The translations under genes were made by a program, and so were the position numbers. From a virus: 64,000 nucleotides of DNA. Under the pieces are notes generated by a model. It saw only the letters and a list, made by a program, of their open reading frames with translations. It was not told the DNA's origin and made no database searches. Every line of letters begins with the position of its first letter. Within the stretch, counting starts at the first letter, position 1. Shown here in pieces: positions 55,727 to 64,000 of this stretch. The stretch lies in the IMG/VR virus record IMGVR_UViG_3300044591_002613, one strand, 5' to 3'.

Positions 55727-56288
55727 AAAAACTAATCTTGGCTCATGTATTACCGAGTACATTCTTCCATCTGAATATGAAAATGTTTTTAAACAGTTAA
55801 TTAAAAATATGCCAGATGAACTTTGGGAAAAAGCAGCTATAGGAGCGGGCCAAAGGCTTGTTCCATCTGCCAGACAATGCGATATATTATTTTTAACCGC
55901 CGGAGCTCAAAATAATAGTATTCTAAAAACATTAGATACCTATGTTTTAAACGTTTTTAAAAAAGTTATGAATTCTTATCAAGAAGAAAATCATGTTCTA
56001 ATCACCGCAGATGAAGGCTTCCAGATACTCAAATATCATGAAGGCGGCTTTTATAAAGTTCATGTTGATGGTGGTGAAAACTTTTTATATAGAAAAGTTT
56101 CTGGTATTTTATATATAAACGATGATTATGATGGAGGCGAATTAGAATTTACTAAATTTAATTTAAAAATTAAACCCAAAAAAAATTCAATTTTATTATT
56201 TCCATCAAATTATGCATACGAACATATTGCTCATACGGTTACAAAAGGTGAAAAAATATGTATAGTTTCGTGGTTTTTTTCAAGATAA
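55710..56288 (+). CDS. 2OG-Fe(II) oxygenase (prolyl-hydroxylase-like)
   Basis: LKY..GG.Y..HVD, RKVS.ILYINDDYDGGEL.F, FPSN..Y.H....V.KG.K. Confidence 0.9.
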   Translation: MGSPFEKTNLGSCITEYILPSEYENVFKQLIKNMPDELWEKAAIGAGQRLVPSARQCDILFLTAGAQNNSILKTLDTYVLNVFKKVMNSYQEENHVLITADEGFQILKYHEGGFYKVHVDGGENFLYRKVSGILYINDDYDGGELEFTKFNLKIKPKKNSILLFPSNYAYEHIAHTVTKGEKICIVSWFFSR

Positions 56289-56294
56289 ATAAAT

Positions 56295-58214
56295 ATGAGT
56301 AAAAAACAGCAATTAACAAATGAAAATCAATTAAATGCAGCACTAAACCAGCTGTATGAAGAGCAGTTTTTTGCTGTTTGTGAAAGTAAAGCCCAGCTTA
56401 AACAATGGATTAAGACATTTTTAGATATTGATTTGCCAGACTGCACTGTGGATGAAAACAGTAACTCTAATCCAATGGATTTTATTTGGGATGTCTACTC
56501 AGCAGCTAAAGACGGCGACCCTAACAGAACTACATTTGTAGTAGCTGCGAGTCGTAACTCGGCAAAAACGCTCGCATCTTCTATCATTGAATTCTTATTA
56601 ATGGTGCATTTTGCCCGAGACATAGTACACATGGCAGCAATTTTGGACCAATCTTTAGCGGCGATTCGATACTTAGATAAATATCTAGCTCTGCCGATTA
56701 TTTCTAATTTTGCCAAAACCGACAGCAAACGTATTAAAGAGCTTAATAGACTACCGCCGTCGCCTCATCGACCCGTTGGTTACAGCAAACTACAAGTCGT
56801 TGTGTCGACTAAAAAATCTGCAAACGCGCAACGTGCGTCTTGTTTGATATTTGATGAGCTAGATCTTATTGATAAAGACATTCTTTCCGAGGCCACTTTT
56901 ATTGCAGACCCAGACCGCTCTGGTAAACCTCCAATATTTATTTACCTTTCATCTCGTAAATCCGGTTCTGGACCAATTCAACAAAAAATTGACGAAGCAG
57001 ATATGCCAAATTCGGGCATCAGATTGCACAAATGGTCGATTGTAGATTGGATGCAAGCTTGTCCGTCAGAGCGCCATAAGCCAGAATTGCCACAAAGCAT
57101 GCTCCATGTCCATCCCGAAACGCTAGAAGTATTGCCAAATAATGCATTCAATGCTCTTAATCCGGAATCTAAGGCTGTATATTCGTCTATTTTGGCATAC
57201 GAAGGGTGCAAAACCTGTCCAGTGTTTTCTATTTGTCGCACCAAATCTGTTAAACAACAGTCTAAATCAAAAATGTTACGCGATTTAGGCTTTGTTAAGA
57301 ACACTTTACTCAATGCTGGTGATCCAGATAAGATTAATGCACAGATTCTTAATTTAAAACCTGAGTCTTCGGGCATTGTTTTTAACAAATTTAATCGAAA
57401 TATTCACGTAAAATCAGCACAAGAATGCTGGAATTTCGCTTTCAATAGTTTTCCAACAGACCGTTTTGGTAATATACGAGATATTTCAAAAGACGAGTTG
57501 GTTAGGGAGCTCAGAGCAAATGGTTGGCGATTGCATTGTGGTGTAGATTTTGGATTCATTGACCCAGCAGTAGCCGTTTTAATAGCGTATAAAAAATCCG
57601 ATGATAAAGTACTTGTTCTACACACAGAACATTCAACTGGATACGCTAACCCAGACTGGCTAGCTTTTGTAAAAGAAAACGTATATTTGCGATATGGATT
57701 TGATTTGTTATGCCCAGATACTGCAGATAAGTCTTCAACTTCTGTAGCGGGTAGCATGAATATGCCAGCTAGGGGCGAAAAACCATTAACAATCGATACA
57801 GGTGTATCGTGGATTCGTTCAAAATTGTGGAATGCAATGAGACAACAAGCCCATTTCATTATTTTAGATGACCCTAAAAATTTGTTTTTGATTAAATGCA
57901 TGGAAAATTGGACATACGCAAAAGGCGCCATGGGGTATGATTACTCCCGTTTTGCTGACGACGACTTTACTCACGGACCTGACGCCCTTCGTTATGCAAT
58001 TGACCCATTTATAACCAGCAATGCATCTGTTATTCAAGCTTCTCAAGCCGATCAGTTTGATTATACTAAAAAGCCTAGCTTTACTACTGTCGAAGGCATG
58101 CAAGAAGCGTTGCGTATGCATTATGCTGCTGAATACAATATAGATATTAAGAAAAAGAACCAAGAAGACGAAGAAAAAATGTTAAAATCGGGTAGCGCAA
58201 CTATTTTATTTTAG
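56295..58214 (+). CDS. terL: Terminase large subunit
   Basis: SRNSAKT Walker A, LIFDE Walker B, GVDFGF.DP and HGPDALRY nuclease motifs. Confidence 0.9.
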   Translation: MSKKQQLTNENQLNAALNQLYEEQFFAVCESKAQLKQWIKTFLDIDLPDCTVDENSNSNPMDFIWDVYSAAKDGDPNRTTFVVAASRNSAKTLASSIIEFLLMVHFARDIVHMAAILDQSLAAIRYLDKYLALPIISNFAKTDSKRIKELNRLPPSPHRPVGYSKLQVVVSTKKSANAQRASCLIFDELDLIDKDILSEATFIADPDRSGKPPIFIYLSSRKSGSGPIQQKIDEADMPNSGIRLHKWSIVDWMQACPSERHKPELPQSMLHVHPETLEVLPNNAFNALNPESKAVYSSILAYEGCKTCPVFSICRTKSVKQQSKSKMLRDLGFVKNTLLNAGDPDKINAQILNLKPESSGIVFNKFNRNIHVKSAQECWNFAFNSFPTDRFGNIRDISKDELVRELRANGWRLHCGVDFGFIDPAVAVLIAYKKSDDKVLVLHTEHSTGYANPDWLAFVKENVYLRYGFDLLCPDTADKSSTSVAGSMNMPARGEKPLTIDTGVSWIRSKLWNAMRQQAHFIILDDPKNLFLIKCMENWTYAKGAMGYDYSRFADDDFTHGPDALRYAIDPFITSNASVIQASQADQFDYTKKPSFTTVEGMQEALRMHYAAEYNIDIKKKNQEDEEKMLKSGSATILF

Positions 58215-58222
58215 GGGCAATC

Positions 58223-59209
58223 ATGGCTCTTTTGAATTTTTATATGTCAAGACTTTGCTACAATGACGCAAATCCGTCGCAAAGTCCAAAACAACGTAAT
58301 TTTGACTTTTTGTCTTCTGTAGAAGGCTTGTCGGTTACTAACCCTATTAGCGAAACGCGGTCTATTCTGCCTGGCCAGACTATTTTGCTACAGTCAACTG
58401 CACGATCTATCGCCCCTAATCTTGCCGCATCTGAGTTCTCTATAACCCTTCCTAAAATGGGAGCAGATTTAGCTAGATTGCGTTGGACAGGTGTTGGACC
58501 TGCCCCCGCATTTAGAACAGCACGAAGTACTGCCCATTCTGCGACAACGCAGTATTCTGCTCAAAGAATGAGCCCTTCTGCGGTGCAAATTTTGCTTGTC
58601 GGAGGTGGAGTTAACTTAGCCTCAGTGGTTGAAGGCGATATAGTTTATTTGCAGGAAAGCGATTCATCGTTTACGTCACCACTAAACCCCTCTTCGGTTG
58701 GTCGCAGTTACGTAGTTTTATCCAAAGACGCTAACTCTGTTATCGTCCGAGATAATGGCATGATTTCTGAAGAAGTAAATATTGTGTTGGGAGCCGATTT
58801 TTCCTCGGTCATTAGGTTTTTCTCTGCCGATGGTGTACAAGTTGGCGATAAAATTAGAATTGCCAAAAATTCTGCATTTAATTCTGAAAATAAAGTAAAA
58901 GATTTTCAGGTAATTGATGTTACAGATAGAGATATTATCTTTTATAATCCACAAGTTATCCCGGAAACAAAAGTAGCTGGCGTGGCATCTCCGTTTTTGT
59001 TTTATTCTAGATTGATTAATTTTGTTTGTATTGAAGCCGATAGCACAATCTATTTAGATTTTGATAGTTCAGGAAATGAATTTCCAGTTATTAATGGAAA
59101 TTCAGGTTCTGCATTATTTTCAGCCACAACTAATTTAATTAGTATTGCTGCTACAAATAAAAACTCAGAACCAATAACTGTGTCGGTTCAGAGCTGCACT
59201 ATTGAATAA
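58223..59209 (+). CDS. Putative virion structural protein
   Basis: Between TerL and portal; beta-rich. Confidence 0.55.
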   Translation: MALLNFYMSRLCYNDANPSQSPKQRNFDFLSSVEGLSVTNPISETRSILPGQTILLQSTARSIAPNLAASEFSITLPKMGADLARLRWTGVGPAPAFRTARSTAHSATTQYSAQRMSPSAVQILLVGGGVNLASVVEGDIVYLQESDSSFTSPLNPSSVGRSYVVLSKDANSVIVRDNGMISEEVNIVLGADFSSVIRFFSADGVQVGDKIRIAKNSAFNSENKVKDFQVIDVTDRDIIFYNPQVIPETKVAGVASPFLFYSRLINFVCIEADSTIYLDFDSSGNEFPVINGNSGSALFSATTNLISIAATNKNSEPITVSVQSCTIE

Positions 59210-59220
59210 TAGGTGTTAAG

Positions 59221-61239
59221 ATGGGACTTTTTGACTTTTTGAAGAAAAATAAAAAAGGGGAAGTCTCCTTTTATGTTGATGATTTATCAAAATCAGTCAA
59301 ACCGCTCGAAGACAACGAGCTTATTAAAGATAAAATTGAACAAAGCAAAGCTGTATTTAGTCTAGAATCTAGAAATGCTAGTTCAAATAGCCTTTTTGAG
59401 AAAAAAGGGCGCATGTCCGATAAGGAATTGCGTGAGTTAGCATATTACGACTCCATAATTTCGTTAATCATTGACACCCGCGCTAACCAATCCATGTCGT
59501 TTGGAAGAAAATCTGCAAATAAATATGATCGTGGATTCGTTTTGCGAGAAGTAATCCCTGTTCAAATTGATAGTATGATTTCCCAACAAGAAAAAGAAGA
59601 GGAAATCAAATTTCGTACAGAGCTTTCAAATGTAATTTTTAAATATGTTTTAAACTGCGGCTCAACCAATAGGTCAATTCTTGACCATGTGTTCCAAGGC
59701 TCTGATACTACGTTTAAAACATGTAATTTAGCCGAATTTTTAGGCGCTCAATCGCGCAACCTACTCGTCTATGGTCGTTGTGCTACGCAAATAATTAGAA
59801 GTAAAGAAGGTGTGCCTGTTCTTTTCCGTCCAGTTCCGGTTGAGTCTATTTTTAGAGTTTTAGACCAAGCAGATGTAGCTTTGTCTGGTAACGATAGAGA
59901 TGTTGCAGACCAATCAGAAGATGACCTAAAAGATTATAAAAATATCGAAAAAGGTCGTCGCCCAATTGCATATGTTCAAAGAATTGATGGTAAAAACGTA
60001 GCATTCTTTACGGAAGATGATTTGGTCGTCACCTATCTTCAAAAACAAGCACATGAAAACCTTGATGGTTATCCAATGGCACCAATCGAAAAGGCTTTTT
60101 ATGCCGTTTCGATGCATTTCTATGCTCAACAATACCTCCAGAATTCTTTTACTAAGGGTTTAGCGACTAAAGGTATTATTAACCTTAAAACACAAGAAAC
60201 CGGCGTAGTAAGCCCAGAGCAAGCGGAAGCTTTTAGAAAACTTTTCAGCAATTATGTAGCTCGAAATGATAACTCTGCTACTATTCCAATTGTTGCTGGT
60301 CCAATTGACGTAGAATTTGTGCCGCTTAACATTACTGCCAAAGATCTTGAATTTAATAATTTATATCAACGCGTTTTAATGATTGTTTGTGGAGCATTCC
60401 AAATTTCCCCACAAGAAATTGGCTTTGGTGCCCTTGATTCCGCCAAACCAACTATGGGCGATGCTGGAAAACAAGAGCAGATTGTCCAAGGCGAAGAGCG
60501 CGGCCTCCGTCAGCTTATGGAAACTTTGTTCGATTTGCTTAATGACCTAGTTGCAGATTCGTTTCCTCAATCAAAAGACATTCTTCGATTAGAGCCTATT
60601 GGTTTAGGCCAAAACACTAAAGAAGCCGATCTAGCTATTTACAAAGAAGAGCTACAAACTTCTGGTACATTTGGAAAAATTTGGTCCGACAGCGAGCGGC
60701 TGGACGTGTTTCCTTTTGGTGGTGACGTGCCAACATCGCCCATTTTTCATCAATCTGTTGCTAAATACATGAAAATGTCTGAGTTAAGACATTATTTTTT
60801 TAAAGAAAAAGATGCATTAAAAAAACCAGAATTTGATTTTTTCATTGATCCAGCAATTAACGACGCTTATCAAAAACAAAAAGGCAAAGTTCCGCAAATG
60901 CAAGCAGAGCAGATGAAGCTGCAAACAGAGCAGCTAGAAATGCAAGCTCAGCAGATGGAAACTCAAATGCAAGCTCAGCAACAGCAGGGTGGGCAACAAC
61001 AGCAAAATGAACAACAAGGCGAGCAAGCTCAGACTGAAAACGAGCAAAACGAGAGTGAAGAGCAATTAAAACAAATGCAGGAAAAGCATGAGCAAGAAAT
61101 GAAAATGAAAAAAGAGCAGCATGAGCAAAAAATGCAACATGCAGAAGAAAAACATTCGGCTACGATTGAATCAAAAGGCAAAAAGTCTATAGGTAAATCC
61201 CTAAAACAACTCCTAGAAGAAGCCGCTAAACCCAAATAA
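59221..61239 (+). CDS. Portal protein
   Basis: II.TRANQ, RN.L.YG, GYPMAPIE, F..G...KGI, KDLEF, FQISPQEIG; Q/E-rich tail. Confidence 0.9.
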   Translation: MGLFDFLKKNKKGEVSFYVDDLSKSVKPLEDNELIKDKIEQSKAVFSLESRNASSNSLFEKKGRMSDKELRELAYYDSIISLIIDTRANQSMSFGRKSANKYDRGFVLREVIPVQIDSMISQQEKEEEIKFRTELSNVIFKYVLNCGSTNRSILDHVFQGSDTTFKTCNLAEFLGAQSRNLLVYGRCATQIIRSKEGVPVLFRPVPVESIFRVLDQADVALSGNDRDVADQSEDDLKDYKNIEKGRRPIAYVQRIDGKNVAFFTEDDLVVTYLQKQAHENLDGYPMAPIEKAFYAVSMHFYAQQYLQNSFTKGLATKGIINLKTQETGVVSPEQAEAFRKLFSNYVARNDNSATIPIVAGPIDVEFVPLNITAKDLEFNNLYQRVLMIVCGAFQISPQEIGFGALDSAKPTMGDAGKQEQIVQGEERGLRQLMETLFDLLNDLVADSFPQSKDILRLEPIGLGQNTKEADLAIYKEELQTSGTFGKIWSDSERLDVFPFGGDVPTSPIFHQSVAKYMKMSELRHYFFKEKDALKKPEFDFFIDPAINDAYQKQKGKVPQMQAEQMKLQTEQLEMQAQQMETQMQAQQQQGGQQQQNEQQGEQAQTENEQNESEEQLKQMQEKHEQEMKMKKEQHEQKMQHAEEKHSATIESKGKKSIGKSLKQLLEEAAKPK

Positions 61240-61289
61240 CCTTGCTTTATTTCCTTTTATGAATAAAAAATTTGTAAGAGGAAATAAAC

Positions 61290-61760
61290 ATGTCTAATAT
61301 TTTTGAATTTAAGCAAAAAGATAAATCAAAAAAAGAAGACGATTCTAGTTACGAACTCAGTCTTGCCAAACAAATGATTCAATCCGATAAGCAGCTTTCA
61401 GGTAATATCGAAAAACTTGGTATTGATAAAACACAGGCGGCTAAATGGATAGTTTGGCTATCCGATATGATTCGTGAAATTGATGAGGTTGTTTTAAAAT
61501 ACACCGATAAAGCCGAAGACGATAAAAAATTCAGCGTTTTAGCAGTTAAAGCTTTGACCGCATCCCTCACATCACAAATCGCTTTTATTGGATCTCTTCA
61601 GGACATTGAACTTGAGCAGTTTGAAGCTATGAAACAAGATGTTATTGCAGATGTATTTCTTACAACGTATGCTGGTATGGATGTACAAGACTATTTAGAC
61701 AAACTAGATATTCAAACTGTTTTAGAAACCGATAAAGAAGGAGAAAATCAAAATGTCTGA
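61290..61760 (+). CDS. Hypothetical protein
   Basis: GAGG RBS. Confidence 0.65.
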   Translation: MSNIFEFKQKDKSKKEDDSSYELSLAKQMIQSDKQLSGNIEKLGIDKTQAAKWIVWLSDMIREIDEVVLKYTDKAEDDKKFSVLAVKALTASLTSQIAFIGSLQDIELEQFEAMKQDVIADVFLTTYAGMDVQDYLDKLDIQTVLETDKEGENQNV

Positions 61761-62001
61761 ACAATCAACCGAACAAACACAAGAACAACTTTCAGAGCAG
61801 TTTTCCAATACACTAAACCAGTTTATCGCCAATTCTTACCAGCTTTTCGCTCGTTTAGAAGAAGTAGAAAAAGCTGTAGCGTATCTTTTATCTAAAGATA
61901 AGGATTGGATGGCAGCATTTAATGCTAGCATGGCTCAACAAGAACCAAAGGCGCAAGAAAATGGACAACAACAAGAAATTATCATGCCAGTCTCAGACTG
62001 A
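61753..62001 (+). CDS. Hypothetical protein
   Basis: AGGAG RBS. Confidence 0.6.
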   Translation: MSEQSTEQTQEQLSEQFSNTLNQFIANSYQLFARLEEVEKAVAYLLSKDKDWMAAFNASMAQQEPKAQENGQQQEIIMPVSD

Positions 62002-62527
62002 GGATGATAATAAATCGCGATTTAAAAAATGTTGTCCTCTTAAATTAGATGATTATCCAACAGGCATCTGCAATCTTGGTTTGCAAAAAGCTCAATGGTA
62101 CAAAGATAACCCCGGACATATGATGTCGGAAGATATAAATTCTGGCGGATGTGTTTGGGGTATTATTTCTGAAGATGAGGCTAGTTATTGTTTTTTTAAA
62201 TTCATGAATATTCATGAAAATGAACAATTTTCTGAAACAGAAATATCAAAAAGACTCGGAATCACTAAAGAGCAAGTAAAAGCAGCCTACGATTCAGGCA
62301 TAGAAAAGCTTAAAAAACAAAAAAATATTCAAGAAATCATGGAAATTCATAAAAAACAGGGCGGAATTTTAACCGAAGATACCGATAACGATTATATTTA
62401 TTTCCCAATTAATTCCGTGACAGAAGGGTTTATGCCCTCTACAGCCGAAGAAGAAATTGATGACAATCTTATTTCTAGTGTTACAGCTAAAAAGAAAAGA
62501 GGGCGCAAAAAGCGCCCTAAGAATTGA
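61961..62527 (+). CDS. Cys-rich protein with sigma region-4-like HTH
   Basis: CCP..C..C..YCFF then SETEISKRLGITKEQV.......IEKLK. Confidence 0.65.
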   Translation: MDNNKKLSCQSQTEDDNKSRFKKCCPLKLDDYPTGICNLGLQKAQWYKDNPGHMMSEDINSGGCVWGIISEDEASYCFFKFMNIHENEQFSETEISKRLGITKEQVKAAYDSGIEKLKKQKNIQEIMEIHKKQGGILTEDTDNDYIYFPINSVTEGFMPSTAEEEIDDNLISSVTAKKKRGRKKRPKN

Positions 62528-62873
62528 GTATTCTTTGAATTTTAAAATTTGAAGGCCACGACCTAAATATCTTGATATCCGAAGCGTTCTTATCGAACGC
62601 TTTTATTGTATTTAAAACAGATTCTTTCCAAGAAAAGACTCCAAACAACTCGGCCATTTTTATCTTCATATACGCCCATACGCTTATATTTAAGATAAAA
62701 ACATACATAGTCTTATGATACAAGACTCGAACTGATGGAAATCCATTAGATCTTAGCAGCGATTCAATCTGAAAGCACAACGCCGAACGAAACATTTCTT
62801 CATTTTTTTCAAATGGCGCATGTGCAATAGATTTTTTGTTTTTAACATATTCGTTAATATCTATTACGTTCAT
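62517..62873 (-). CDS. Hypothetical protein (MNVIDINEY)
   Basis: ORF. Confidence 0.6.
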   Translation of the reverse strand: MNVIDINEYVKNKKSIAHAPFEKNEEMFRSALCFQIESLLRSNGFPSVRVLYHKTMYVFILNISVWAYMKIKMAELFGVFSWKESVLNTIKAFDKNASDIKIFRSWPSNFKIQRILNS

Positions 62874-63388
62874 TTACCCCCCACGCAGGGTAGAAAAATA
62901 TCATCAAGTGCGCTCACAAATTTTTCGTCCTGAAGAATATTAGTTGCGGGAAGAGGCAGGACACGAACAGTACCATCTTCTGCTGTGTATTCAAACGGAA
63001 CTTCTAGTTTAGAGAACTCTTCTGGGTCTTCCACCATATGAATAACCTGTTTCAGATCAGCAGTTTCAAGCTTGGGCAATTCTTCGCTGTCCAGCGTAGC
63101 CTTAAGACTTTCTGCTACTCTTCCTAAAAATCTTTCATGAGCTTTTAGACGTAGCGGACTTTCTGGAACTTTAACATTTTCAAACAACTTCCAAAGCATG
63201 TTTTCTAAAGTTAGCTTCAAGCTAACAACGGAATCAACTTCTCTTACTTTAAAGAAGTCCTTTACTGCAGAAAGTTCTTTTTCTACGTTTTCATCGGAAA
63301 GACCGCTTGCCAATTTTTCCTTAGAGTTTGAAGAAAGAAATGATTTAACAGAAGCACGTAGTTCTAGACTTTTTGCCATTGCGAACAA
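62870..63388 (-). CDS. Hypothetical protein
   Basis: AGGAGG RBS (start probably MAKSL). Confidence 0.65.
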   Translation of the reverse strand: MFAMAKSLELRASVKSFLSSNSKEKLASGLSDENVEKELSAVKDFFKVREVDSVVSLKLTLENMLWKLFENVKVPESPLRLKAHERFLGRVAESLKATLDSEELPKLETADLKQVIHMVEDPEEFSKLEVPFEYTAEDGTVRVLPLPATNILQDEKFVSALDDIFLPCVGGK

Positions 63389-63448
63389 ACCTCCTTTAGG
63401 TATTTAATAATAGTAATCGTTTAAGCTAACTGAGCAATAGTTGACAAT

Positions 63449-63799
63449 ATGAAAATTGAAATATTCCATTTGACACAACTTTCCGATTGGTCCAACTATC
63501 GGAATCATATTGTTATTATGTATAATAGACAAACTATTATTAGTGAGCCCATTTCTTATCTCAAATTTAAAGATCGATATAAACTTTGCAAATTATTAAA
63601 ACTATCTTTCTTAGATACCATTAAATTTATTTCAAATTATTATACGAGATACCCAGAATATAAACACTATGCGCTGTTGTGGTCAAGTATTGATATATCT
63701 GACGTAATTCCATTTCTTAAAATTATTTGTAAAGACGCAACTCGATTTAAAGACAGGGAATATGACTTAATTATCAATTCCTTGGTAGATCGTATATAA
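63449..63799 (+). CDS. Hypothetical protein
   Basis: ORF. Confidence 0.5.
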   Translation: MKIEIFHLTQLSDWSNYRNHIVIMYNRQTIISEPISYLKFKDRYKLCKLLKLSFLDTIKFISNYYTRYPEYKHYALLWSSIDISDVIPFLKIICKDATRFKDREYDLIINSLVDRI

Positions 63800-63856
63800 A
63801 CGCTATTCAATTAATTAAAAGCTGTTTATCGTAAATAAAATTGCCGAGGAAACAAC

Positions 63857-64000
63857 ATGACTATTTATGTGGCATTTGACTGTGAAACTACATCATTGCA
63901 TCACAGAACTCCAGAATCATTAATCAATGCATCATGGGTAATTTTTGATTCTACAGAACTTTCTATCCCTCCCGAAAAACTGCCTCATTATTCTGTTTAT
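63857..64000 (+). CDS. DEDD 3'-5' exonuclease (partial)
   Basis: GAGG RBS; MTIYVAFDCETTSL ExoI motif. Confidence 0.7.
   Translation, partial: MTIYVAFDCETTSLHHRTPESLINASWVIFDSTELSIPPEKLPHYSVY

Noticed and set aside
60890-61160. Q/E-rich repeat in portal tail as a separate element
   Set aside because: Low-complexity coding tail common in portals of large phages
1-64000. Alternative genetic code or tRNA genes
   Set aside because: Long core genes are intact in code 11 and all three stops are used; no tRNA cloverleaf recognised by eye (tRNAscan not run)

Overview
A 64-kb segment of a large lytic myovirus-type (probably jumbo) phage genome, AT-rich, standard genetic code. The right part (about 36-63 kb) is the morphogenesis region: prohead protease, neck/head-completion proteins, a 950-aa tail sheath, a probable small terminase, large terminase and portal. 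An aGPT-Pplase1 (amino acid:DNA transferase) thymidine-hypermodification gene and a 2OG-Fe(II) oxygenase sit between the terminase genes. The left part (5-33 kb) is an almost entirely minus-strand early region of small genes and several expanded paralog families. The main unexplained structure is regulatory. A 30-bp element (consensus TAAAGTTAGA-N9-TCCGATAAGTA) occurs 19 times in front of early genes and matches the flagellar sigma28 (FliA) promoter TAAAGTTT-N11-GCCGATAA with exact spacing. At the head of the early region (30.7-33.3 kb), nine sigma54 -24/-12 boxes appear, and five of them sit exactly 5 bp upstream of a sigma28-type promoter. The inference is that this phage runs its early program on the host's motility sigma factors (sigma54/sigma28), not sigma70. 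This suggests a host state dominated by FliA, such as attack-phase Bdellovibrionota. The same zone holds iterated repeats, a GC-rich patch, a candidate structured ncRNA and a likely genome terminus or origin. All family assignments come from motif recognition by eye; no database searches were run.
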